Shown piece by piece: positions 19,459 to 28,099 of a stretch of DNA of 33,138 nt. The stretch covers positions 1 through 33,138 of the forward strand of contig CALKOM010000071.1 of NCBI GenBank assembly GCA_938091905.1, written 5' to 3'. Within the stretch, counting starts at the first letter, position 1. Each line of letters begins with the position of its first letter. This DNA comes from an uncultured Verrucomicrobiales bacterium (lineage in GTDB: Bacteria > Verrucomicrobiota > Verrucomicrobiia > Verrucomicrobiales > DEV007). The notes under the pieces were generated by a model. The model searched no databases and was not told the origin of the DNA. It saw nothing but the letters and a program-made list of their open reading frames with translations. The position numbers and the translations under genes were made by a program.

Positions 19459-20688
19459 CTACTGATCAAGCACCACACGTAGCCTTCCATGCGAGGCTTC
19501 CGTAGGGATGGCAGTCTTCACACGCTCGACGCCGTGAGCCAGTACCTCTATCTCTTTGGACCCTGTCGCTTTGGCATTAGCACCGTTCGATTCCCAGGTC
19601 TCCATATCGCTGGACACTTCTACTTGGTAACTCAGATCAGACACGTTCGAGAACCGCTGGAAGATAAAGTAGGGCTTTCCATCCGTCACCTCAACCGCCA
19701 CCTGAGGGGTCAGGTCCCGCCGTTCCGGATGACTGGCCAATCCATATTCTAGCAACTGGCTCGCCCCATCTTGATCGAAGTCTCCCTCAGTGGCAGTATC
19801 CGTTTCGCTGCGAGAGGTTCGAAAATAACGCGCGACATACTGCGCATACGTGGTCGTTCGCAGATCGAGGTCCGCATCCCAAGGCTGGGAAAGGGCGGCA
19901 ATCTCCTCTAAGGGCTCCGGCACATCGAGATCAGCTCGATTAATCGCCCGGCCACCGTTGTTGTGATTGTCAGTGCCAGTATCACACCAATACGCCTTCC
20001 GGGCAACAGGATCGATAACTAGGCCGTGCGGCGTATCCAAGTCCGTGATGACTGTTCTAATAGGGCCACCGTTTACAAGCCGCCGTTGAATGTGGTTCGA
20101 CGCACGGTTACACCAGAACAGTTCGCCTCTCGCCCGATCTAATTTCACTCCGCGAATGCGTGGTTGCCCTTTGAAAAGATTGGTCGTGGTCCCTCCATCG
20201 AGTGAACGGCGATTGATGTTTCCCGCCGAGAAATCCCCCCAATACAGGAAGTTGTTAGGCACATCGAGTTCCAAATAATAAGGGAACGGCGTTTCCACAA
20301 CCGTCTCCACCCCGGAGCCATCGAGATTCGATCGCTCGATCACACTGCGACCTTGATCACACCAATAGAGTTTGCGATTAGTGAGATCTAGCGTGACATC
20401 CGCAGGAAAATCACGATCACGCACGATCACCTTCACGTCATCCCCATCTAGTGTCGCTTTGGAAATAGTATTCGCACTATTATCAGCAAAGTAAAGTTTG
20501 TCGTCAGCCACATCAATGGCGATACCCCGCAGATTCGTCGAGTCTACTTCGACCAGAATTTCAATCTCAGAACCATCCAGGTTGGAACGTTGCACCTTTC
20601 CTGCATTGCGATCCACCCAATAGAGCTTGCCCCCATTTGCAACTAAAGGGACGAAGCACAAAAGGCATCCTAGAAGCGTCTTTCTCAT
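19459..20688 (-). CDS. Secreted six-bladed YWTD (LDL-receptor class B-like) beta-propeller protein with C-terminal module
   Basis: Signal peptide. Repeats LYWVD, LYFAD, LYWCD, LYWGD, LFWCN, AYWCD, most followed by R.NLDG-like segments. Then DFDQDG..LLEYGL...YQVEVSSDMETW...RLRV. Confidence 0.88.
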   Translation of the reverse strand: MRKTLLGCLLCFVPLVANGGKLYWVDRNAGKVQRSNLDGSEIEILVEVDSTNLRGIAIDVADDKLYFADNSANTISKATLDGDDVKVIVRDRDFPADVTLDLTNRKLYWCDQGRSVIERSNLDGSGVETVVETPFPYYLELDVPNNFLYWGDFSAGNINRRSLDGGTTTNLFKGQPRIRGVKLDRARGELFWCNRASNHIQRRLVNGGPIRTVITDLDTPHGLVIDPVARKAYWCDTGTDNHNNGGRAINRADLDVPEPLEEIAALSQPWDADLDLRTTTYAQYVARYFRTSRSETDTATEGDFDQDGASQLLEYGLASHPERRDLTPQVAVEVTDGKPYFIFQRFSNVSDLSYQVEVSSDMETWESNGANAKATGSKEIEVLAHGVERVKTAIPTEASHGRLRVVLDQ

Positions 20689-20736
20689 CCCGACAACGTA
20701 GCAAGAAACCTTCTACCCAGCCAAGACAATCTCAAT

Positions 20737-23700
20737 CTAACGCTCTCGCTGAATCTCCACCGCAGGAACGCGATAGCTGCGATGAGGCTCGCCCGCCGCT
20801 TGGAAGAAGAACGCTCGGTTACCCTTAAACAGCATGGACCCATCTTCATCTTTCAGGTCCAGGTCTGTCGCCCCCGTCCAGTGCCGGTGACCATTCGCCT
20901 CAAGCAAGAAGTAGCCTCGATACCCCAGCGTTCCCTGAACCAAGTCACCGAGCCAGAGCTGCACCTGATCGGCACCCGTCGGGTCCGCGTTCCCAAGAAA
21001 GCCATTACCCAACGTCAGCCCGCGCGTCTGGGGACTCATTTCAAGCGGCGCGCTCGGAGCAAGCAAGTTGTAACCTCGTCGGAGCGGCTGGATGAAGGCG
21101 TGGTCACGCAAATGCCCAGTTACTAGAACGGGGGCCTCATCACTATCATTTGCAAGCCTGACAAAGGCGCCTTCACCGGGAGGAATGATCACGTGATGGG
21201 CATCCTTCAGATCTGTATCTCCGCTAGACACCCAATGGCGACGCCCACCAGCATCCAAGAGAAAGTAGCTGTCGTAGCCCGTTCCATTAAAAAACTGCAC
21301 CTGGTCTGCGCTTGCTGGATTCTTGGACCCTTGAAATCGGCCAATCGGATACACTTCGCCTAGCAACCTATGCGGTCGGACAACAGCCTGACTGAATCGA
21401 ATCCCCGATGAAGGAAGAGCACTCAACGTGTTACGCGATCCGCGAAGATCCAAAGAGACCACCTGATCCGTAGTCCCTGACAAATCAATATCAAAACGAT
21501 GGCCTTCGTACTGGCCACTCGCCAATTCAAGATAGTAGGCACCTTCCCCAAGCAACGCACGGACCCCAGGCACAGCAAGAGTAATCCTTGCCCTGTCCAC
21601 ATCCGCTTCGGCAATGTTGCTCGCATAGATTGGCGCCGCATTCAGGCTCACCCCATGGGTTTGGTAGCCAGGGTTGAATGCCGTTCGATACCAACCGCAG
21701 ATCGGCGTCGTCGTTTCGTAGTTCCAATCATGATGCCAAATACGCAACCTAACAAAGCCGCACTTCAAGCTCATACCAGGCAGCGTCTCTAGATGATCAA
21801 AGCTCACCTTCTCCCAACCGTAGCGAATCGTCTCAGCCTGACTCTCTTTTAAGACAATCGACCACGAAAGTAAGTCCGCACTCACCTCTAGCCAGTAGTC
21901 AATGTTACTATGGTATGCTGGACGCTCGTAGGAAACCGATAGACGCGTACCGTCATCGTGGGCCTGCAAGTCGATGCCCACATCTTCCATCGAACCCACA
22001 TAGGGATTCCTCCCAAGCGCATACTCTGCCGCCAAATCTAGCAAATCTCCATCGGCATTGTCATGAGTCGGCACTCGCCTCCCCACATGATGAAACCCAA
22101 GATTCTCTCCCCTTTCATTCACCGTGATGGCCTCATTCGAAACCTCCTCGCGAGTAAATCCTGGACCTGCCCACGAGACCTCCAGCGTTTCCGCGCCTTC
22201 GCGTTCAAAGTAGTGAATCTCCAAAGGGTGCATCCCGGCCGTTAGCGTGACAGTCTCCGAAACTTCCGTCACTTCGTGAACACCGTCATTATCCACCACC
22301 AAACTGCCGTCCAGATAAAGACGACTGCCTTCATCCGATCGAAGGAACAACGTATAGTCGCCATCCTCCGGGACTGCGAGACAGCCACGGTACCTGATGG
22401 CAAAGAAATCATCGCGCGCCCGCGGCGTGAGATTGATAGTAGAAAGCGTTCCAGTCAAAAACGGATTCAACGTGGCGAAGTCCGGCAACTGGGTCCACAT
22501 GCCTTCATAATAGGAGTACGTGATGCCGTTGACCAGCGCTCCACCGCGAGAACCGTAGACCTCCACTTCAGCGAGGCTGAGGTAATTCACCCCACTCAAT
22601 TGAACCCTGACGTAACGCACATTCCGATTCACATCGATACGTTGTGTGGGAAGCGGCACTTCATTGTAGGTGAACTTGGATACACCAGGCTGACCACTCA
22701 CCTCTGTCACATCCGATGAGACAAAGGGTTCCTCGCTAACAAAGACATGGTAAGGCACAAGCCGATCACCACAGCAGTCATTTCGATTCCACAGTAGCAG
22801 ATGATCAATGGCGCGTACCGTTCCCAAATCGAGATCCCACCACGCATCCACATCCAGCTCGGTGTGGGACACACTGCCATTGCGCCAATCACCATCCGTA
22901 TTGCCATCACGAGCGAGATCGGCCTCGAAAACCGTTCCATAAACCGACGACTGAGTCGCACTTGCACCCGGCAGAACCGCCAGATTCACAAGATCCGTCG
23001 ACCGCTCATCGACCTGGGCGTCCTTGTAAAAGGCGTCAAAAGCCTCATCGGCATCAGCCCACCCTTCCGGAAGCAAACGCACTGCCCAAATGTATCCAGC
23101 GCCCACCTGAGTATCGCCGACGATACCAATATTGAACGTTTGTGAACCTATGCCAGGATCCACCTTGACGAGCCCCTGACCAATCGTGCGCCAGTTATCC
23201 GTAGAATCATGCAACCAAATCCCCAGGTCTCGCCGTGCCGTCGCTTCATAGTCTATTTGGACCTCCACGACGGTCGCCGGTTGAACCGCATTCGGAGCCA
23301 CCACACTCGTCAGGATATCTTGGGTCGCCGGACCTCCTGAGTTTCGCTCCACCGTGGCATTGCCGTAGTCCGCATCGATAGCCTCATCTGCCGTCGTCGC
23401 CCCTAACGGAAGCAAACGCACCGCCCACACATAGCCCTCCCCTTCAAGAGCCCCCGTAATCACGGGGAGAGTGAAGGCATGCGTACCAGAACCAGGCTCC
23501 ACCGTCGTGTTGCCTTTCGCGATGGTGAACCAGCCGTTCCGCGAATCATGCAAATAGACCCGCAGTTCACGCCGCTCAGTCGCTTGATAGGGAATGTCTA
23601 ACGTCACGGTGTCAGGGCTCTTCACCAGTTCTGGCAAGACAATGGCACCTAGCGCATCCACTTCGGGCGGAGCGGTGCCCGCTTGAACATCCGCAAGACC

Positions 23701-26700
23701 GTAGTACTCCGCCAGAGCATCGTCTGCCCCCGCCCATCCGATAGGCAACAAACGCATGACCCAAACGTAACCATCGCCAGCCCGCGCCTCTGTATCGATG
23801 ACTAGATCAAACGTCTGGCTTCCTGACCCCGCCGATACACTCACATTCCCCTGCGCAGCCGGGCGCCAGCCACCATTGGAATCCTGCAGCCACACCCACA
23901 ACTCACGCGCGCCCGTAGCCGCATACTCAACGCTCACGGTTACACTCTCTCCATGCACAACACTTCCCGGAACACTTAGATTCGCCAATTTATCTTCTGT
24001 AGGTAGGGGCCGGTCCACCGTAATCGTCGTCTCTGTAGTCACACTTCCGATCACATTCGTAGCAGTGAGCGTGTAGGTTATGGTCGCGGTAGGCTTGACT
24101 ACGATGCTGCTGAGTCCTAGCACACTTCCAAGGTCTGGAGTTATGGTGAGCGCTGTGAGTGGAGCACCTCCATCCAGCACAGACCACTCCAAGTCTGTCG
24201 ACTCACCTTCAGTCAGGGCCGACAACACACTCTCAAAGCTTTCTATTACCGGCGCGGTGAAGGGCAATTCATAGAGCACCGGAAGAGTATTCGATTCCAA
24301 ATTTCCGCGCCCTCCATCATCCGTCGCGGAATCCACTGGCAGGTGCACGGTGATTGCACCGGAAGCATCCGGCGTCACATCGAATCGATACACGCCCCCT
24401 GCACCAGACAACGAACTAGCCTTCGCGTTTGACAACACAAAGTCGTCTAGCGAAAGTCCAGTGACGGCCGTTGTGAATCGAATAGTGACCTCAAACGGTC
24501 CCATAACTGAAGCAGCACCCGTCGACAGAACAACGGCCGGAGCAGACTCAGGTGGGCGCACCTCCCAAGAGAATGATTGCGATACGGTCGACCATGGATC
24601 ACTCACACTCACAAGAACGGAATAGTTTCCCGCGCTGCTTTCGCTAAGCGTTCCAGAAACGACGCCATTGCTCTGATCAATTTGCAAGCCCAGAGGTAAG
24701 TTCACGGCAGAGTAGGTTAAGACATCATTCGTCGGGTCTGACCCTGCCAACGCGAGGCCGATAGCTTCGCCAACCTGATTGGCCTGGGGCCCAGGGTTCG
24801 CTAGGACGGGTGCCACCGCACCGCCTTCACGGAGCTTCAAAAATTGGTTAGGTTCAGGATCAAAGACTTCCTCGACAAGCCCGGAGGGCCATCGAACCCA
24901 GAGCTTCTCAATGTTAGGCGCATTCCCCAACCCAAAGATCTGGGTGAAACTGTGACTGATTCCATAGCTCTCACCACCACGCACCTCGCGCACCTGCACT
25001 CCCCACGGACCATGCAACTCCAATCGCGCCCCAATCGCAGACTTGTTAGATGCTACTCCTTCAAGACTAACCGAAAGGAAACCGTTGCTGTTCGGCGAAG
25101 CGAGGAAGAGCTTATCCGGACGACTCGCTTCTGGAGTGTTATAGATCTTCGCATACCCCGCATAGACATCGGTAAAACCATCGCGGTTAAGATCACCCAC
25201 GGCGCAGGACTCAATCGTGGTGGAAGTGAACGCCTCGCTAGAACGGGTGAACGCGCCGGCACGATCATTGAGCCAGAGTTCGTGGGCTTGACCCACGAGT
25301 AAAAGATCTAACCAACTGTCGTTGTTGAAATCTCGGAAGACCGTTTGGATTACTCGCCAATTCACCGAAATGCCGCTAGAGGCCGTGATATTGGTGAATG
25401 TGCCATCCCCATTGTTCTGCATGACAACGCTTGAGTCGTGATGGTTGCCGACAAAGCAATCCAGGTCGCCATCGTTATCAATATCTCCGAAGTCCGCCGC
25501 CCAAGATTGCGCACCGAAGGCCATGCCAAGATCAGAGGCCACATTAGTAAACCCCGCCGCCCCATCATTGCGGAAGAACATGTTGATCCGACGTGGGTCC
25601 GCTGGGTTACTGACGCCACCGCGGCACTTTGAAAGGTAGAGATCCAGGTCCCCATCGTTGTCATAGTCTGTCCACACCGTTCCGTAATTACCCGAGTTGT
25701 CGCTCGAAGGCGTCGTCCGCGTGTTAATCAGACTGTTATCGTAGACGAAGCCGCGACCATTCCCACCTCGGAATTTGGCGTTGTCCCCCACATCGTGACA
25801 GGCAAAGATGTCAAGGTAGCCATCCCCATTGATATCCGCAAAGTTCACCGCCTGAAGAAAGAGGCGTGGGCTGGTAAGATTGGTCGAGTTGTAGGCCTTA
25901 CGACTACCATTATTCCATTTGAGATGTAGATCGTCGTAGTAGCCACCACTAAGCACATCCGGGTAGCCATTGTCATCCGCATCCGCAAGGCATAGCCCCC
26001 ACTGACGCTGACTGCTCACACGCCCCAAACTCTGAGCGACGAAACGAGCCCCCTCAGGTGACTGGTGATCAATGAACAGATCCTTCGCGGCGTTCAGATG
26101 CACGATATCGTCAAGGCCGTCTTGATCCATGTCAGCGATCCCCATGGCGACGCCACTGGCATGGGAAGGATTCGCCAATCTGCTAGAACGATCAAGAAAG
26201 GTGATGGACGCCGAGTTCGTCCCCGAGATCACGTCGATGGTCACCGTGCCCGCATTCGAAGTGCCTCCGGCACCATCGTTGACCACATAAGTGAAACTAT
26301 CCGTTCCGATGAAGTTTCCAGCCGGCGTATAGCGAGCAAATCCATTGGCAAGCCATTCCAACAAGCCATTGGTGGGTTCTGTCCAGCTCTCTAGAGCCAG
26401 GGCATCTTCGTCCAAATCACTATCATTAGACAAAACCGGAATATCTACGTAGTCACCTTGCAGCGTGCTCGCTTCATCGTCGAGCGCCACGGGCGAGCGA
26501 TTGTCTCCACCGCCGCCAGGGTCAGGCGTTAGGGAAAGAATCCATTCGCTAATGGCAGTCACGGCTTGGTCATGAACTACATTGCGACCAATAGGCGGCA
26601 TTTGATGAATACCCACGGAGCTGACCCGCCGATGTAGGATGCTCCTCTGAATACTCCGTGGCACGATGACACGCGCATCTTCCACGCCGAGATCATAGAG

Positions 26701-27666
26701 CACTGAACCATCTATGAGATTCTGTTCATCAAATGGCGTCGTAAACCTTGCATCAAAAGAAGTCGCCAATGCGTCAGGCCGATGGCAATGAGCGCAGTTG
26801 GCATCGAGATAGGAACGCACCCGCGTCTCCACCGGCATACTCGTATCCGTCAATGGAACTGAGCTCAGATAACTTGCAATTGCCGATTCATCGATCCTCG
26901 GCGAGAACAAGCCCAAGTGGTTTAGTGTCCGCAGCTGATTATCCGACCTCACCGTGCTCGGATACGTGAAGTCACCATTTAGCTGATGCGTGTTCAAACC
27001 TAACAAATAACCTGCATGAGGATTGTGACAGCTCAGGCAATCCGTGCGACTGGGATACGACCACGTCTGCGTACTCACCGTACCATTTGTATCCGTCACC
27101 GTGATCTCCTGAGACGCGCCGTCTAACAAAAGATCGGCGTCGGCCCCATCTTCTCGCCATTGATAGGTCACGCCGTAAACACCTCCATTGGCCGCGCGCA
27201 CAATAAAGCGGGTTTCGACTCGGCGAATCTGTGAGGAATCACGCTCATCGGTCGGCAAATCAAATTGCTTCACCGCCACCGTCCCGACAGGAAAAGCCCA
27301 AGGAGAATCCGGAGAGAACTGAATCTGCTCTGCCGCCGAATTGGCCGTACCATCATTCGGAACCGCCACCCACCGCTGCTTCACGGACCCATCCGTCCAA
27401 AGAGGCGAGTTCACACCGTAAGGCATCAGGCCTGCACGGGGCGAAAGAGTCGCCAGATCCGTGAACACCCCAGTCTCAGAAAGGAGACTCGGCGGCTGCC
27501 CAACGCCATCCACCCCCGGCGCGGTCGCGGGGAAGACACCGTCCAGAAACGCTCCAATAGAAGTTAGCCTATCTCGCCCATACTGCTGTGCGCTCCCCAG
27601 TTGAAGGGCCACCACCATCCAGGCCAGGACCAAGGCCCAGCAAGTCGTCGGAACACATCGCGGCAT
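20737..27666 (-). CDS. Giant secreted protein: diheme c-type cytochrome, cadherin-like, FG-GAP/ASPIC-UnbV, Ig-like x3, three novel repeats, F-type lectin, PA14, sorting-like module, TIGR02597-like tail
   Basis: 2309-aa open frame with signal peptide, CLSCH and CAHCH plus MPP, and several D-x-D-x-D-G-x-x-D loops. AIGARL...FGLG...VRWPSG matches ASPIC/UnbV; H-x26-R-x-D-x4-R matches F-type lectin; SDEGSRLYLDG..VVDNDGVH matches PA14. Confidence 0.9.
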   Translation of the reverse strand: MPRCVPTTCWALVLAWMVVALQLGSAQQYGRDRLTSIGAFLDGVFPATAPGVDGVGQPPSLLSETGVFTDLATLSPRAGLMPYGVNSPLWTDGSVKQRWVAVPNDGTANSAAEQIQFSPDSPWAFPVGTVAVKQFDLPTDERDSSQIRRVETRFIVRAANGGVYGVTYQWREDGADADLLLDGASQEITVTDTNGTVSTQTWSYPSRTDCLSCHNPHAGYLLGLNTHQLNGDFTYPSTVRSDNQLRTLNHLGLFSPRIDESAIASYLSSVPLTDTSMPVETRVRSYLDANCAHCHRPDALATSFDARFTTPFDEQNLIDGSVLYDLGVEDARVIVPRSIQRSILHRRVSSVGIHQMPPIGRNVVHDQAVTAISEWILSLTPDPGGGGDNRSPVALDDEASTLQGDYVDIPVLSNDSDLDEDALALESWTEPTNGLLEWLANGFARYTPAGNFIGTDSFTYVVNDGAGGTSNAGTVTIDVISGTNSASITFLDRSSRLANPSHASGVAMGIADMDQDGLDDIVHLNAAKDLFIDHQSPEGARFVAQSLGRVSSQRQWGLCLADADDNGYPDVLSGGYYDDLHLKWNNGSRKAYNSTNLTSPRLFLQAVNFADINGDGYLDIFACHDVGDNAKFRGGNGRGFVYDNSLINTRTTPSSDNSGNYGTVWTDYDNDGDLDLYLSKCRGGVSNPADPRRINMFFRNDGAAGFTNVASDLGMAFGAQSWAADFGDIDNDGDLDCFVGNHHDSSVVMQNNGDGTFTNITASSGISVNWRVIQTVFRDFNNDSWLDLLLVGQAHELWLNDRAGAFTRSSEAFTSTTIESCAVGDLNRDGFTDVYAGYAKIYNTPEASRPDKLFLASPNSNGFLSVSLEGVASNKSAIGARLELHGPWGVQVREVRGGESYGISHSFTQIFGLGNAPNIEKLWVRWPSGLVEEVFDPEPNQFLKLREGGAVAPVLANPGPQANQVGEAIGLALAGSDPTNDVLTYSAVNLPLGLQIDQSNGVVSGTLSESSAGNYSVLVSVSDPWSTVSQSFSWEVRPPESAPAVVLSTGAASVMGPFEVTIRFTTAVTGLSLDDFVLSNAKASSLSGAGGVYRFDVTPDASGAITVHLPVDSATDDGGRGNLESNTLPVLYELPFTAPVIESFESVLSALTEGESTDLEWSVLDGGAPLTALTITPDLGSVLGLSSIVVKPTATITYTLTATNVIGSVTTETTITVDRPLPTEDKLANLSVPGSVVHGESVTVSVEYAATGARELWVWLQDSNGGWRPAAQGNVSVSAGSGSQTFDLVIDTEARAGDGYVWVMRLLPIGWAGADDALAEYYGLADVQAGTAPPEVDALGAIVLPELVKSPDTVTLDIPYQATERRELRVYLHDSRNGWFTIAKGNTTVEPGSGTHAFTLPVITGALEGEGYVWAVRLLPLGATTADEAIDADYGNATVERNSGGPATQDILTSVVAPNAVQPATVVEVQIDYEATARRDLGIWLHDSTDNWRTIGQGLVKVDPGIGSQTFNIGIVGDTQVGAGYIWAVRLLPEGWADADEAFDAFYKDAQVDERSTDLVNLAVLPGASATQSSVYGTVFEADLARDGNTDGDWRNGSVSHTELDVDAWWDLDLGTVRAIDHLLLWNRNDCCGDRLVPYHVFVSEEPFVSSDVTEVSGQPGVSKFTYNEVPLPTQRIDVNRNVRYVRVQLSGVNYLSLAEVEVYGSRGGALVNGITYSYYEGMWTQLPDFATLNPFLTGTLSTINLTPRARDDFFAIRYRGCLAVPEDGDYTLFLRSDEGSRLYLDGSLVVDNDGVHEVTEVSETVTLTAGMHPLEIHYFEREGAETLEVSWAGPGFTREEVSNEAITVNERGENLGFHHVGRRVPTHDNADGDLLDLAAEYALGRNPYVGSMEDVGIDLQAHDDGTRLSVSYERPAYHSNIDYWLEVSADLLSWSIVLKESQAETIRYGWEKVSFDHLETLPGMSLKCGFVRLRIWHHDWNYETTTPICGWYRTAFNPGYQTHGVSLNAAPIYASNIAEADVDRARITLAVPGVRALLGEGAYYLELASGQYEGHRFDIDLSGTTDQVVSLDLRGSRNTLSALPSSGIRFSQAVVRPHRLLGEVYPIGRFQGSKNPASADQVQFFNGTGYDSYFLLDAGGRRHWVSSGDTDLKDAHHVIIPPGEGAFVRLANDSDEAPVLVTGHLRDHAFIQPLRRGYNLLAPSAPLEMSPQTRGLTLGNGFLGNADPTGADQVQLWLGDLVQGTLGYRGYFLLEANGHRHWTGATDLDLKDEDGSMLFKGNRAFFFQAAGEPHRSYRVPAVEIQRER
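23005..23995 (-). repeat. Three tandem ~105-aa intragenic protein repeats
   Basis: Each unit has Y-x-AT-x-x-R-[ED]-L-x-[VI]-[WY]-L-x-DS-x-x-x-W ... G-x-G-[ST] ... G-x-GY[VI]W-x-x-RLLP-x-G-x-x-x-AD-[DE]-A. Confidence 0.85.
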
Positions 27667-27690
27667 TCATACGGATATTATAATTATCAT
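27667..27690 (-). other. Possible 7-codon upstream ORF (MIIIISV*) abutting the giant gene start
   Basis: AAGGAGG (27702-27708), 11 nt, then ATG ATA ATT ATA ATA TCC GTA TGA, immediately followed by the main ATG. Confidence 0.25.
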
Positions 27691-27694
27691 TACA
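27676..27694 (-). promoter_or_regulatory. Fur-family box-like site overlapping TATAAT upstream of the giant gene
   Basis: Minus strand TGTAATGATAATTATAATA matches GATAATGATAATCATTATC at 14 of 19 positions. Contains palindromic ATTATAAT (27677-27684) and lies 9 nt before the ATG. Confidence 0.45.
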
Positions 27695-28099
27695 AGTAAA
27701 GCCTCCTTCTGCAAGGACCATAATTTAATCAAAATTCCGCGAGTCCCTTGGATCGGGACAGAACAGACACGATGCCAAGTGAAGGCCCCAAATGCAAGCC
27801 AGCTAGAGCAGGCGAGACAGCTCAATCGCCAGGGCAATCATGCTACGGCAGCCGACAATAGTGGGACAAGATCGCTGCTTCGGGCAGGCACTGCACGTTC
27901 TGAGGAAAGATCGAAGGATTCGACAGCCTCGTATGACGAGTTATTCACCGAGCCTCCGAATTTACCAATTCGACGACGATCGAACCAAACATCCTCAATG
28001 CCAAACAAACAGACCTAAAGCAACCTCGGAAGAATATAGCCCTCCCCTTCGACAGTTGGCGCACCGTCAGTCTCCTGCGCAAAGCGCCTTCCAATATGG

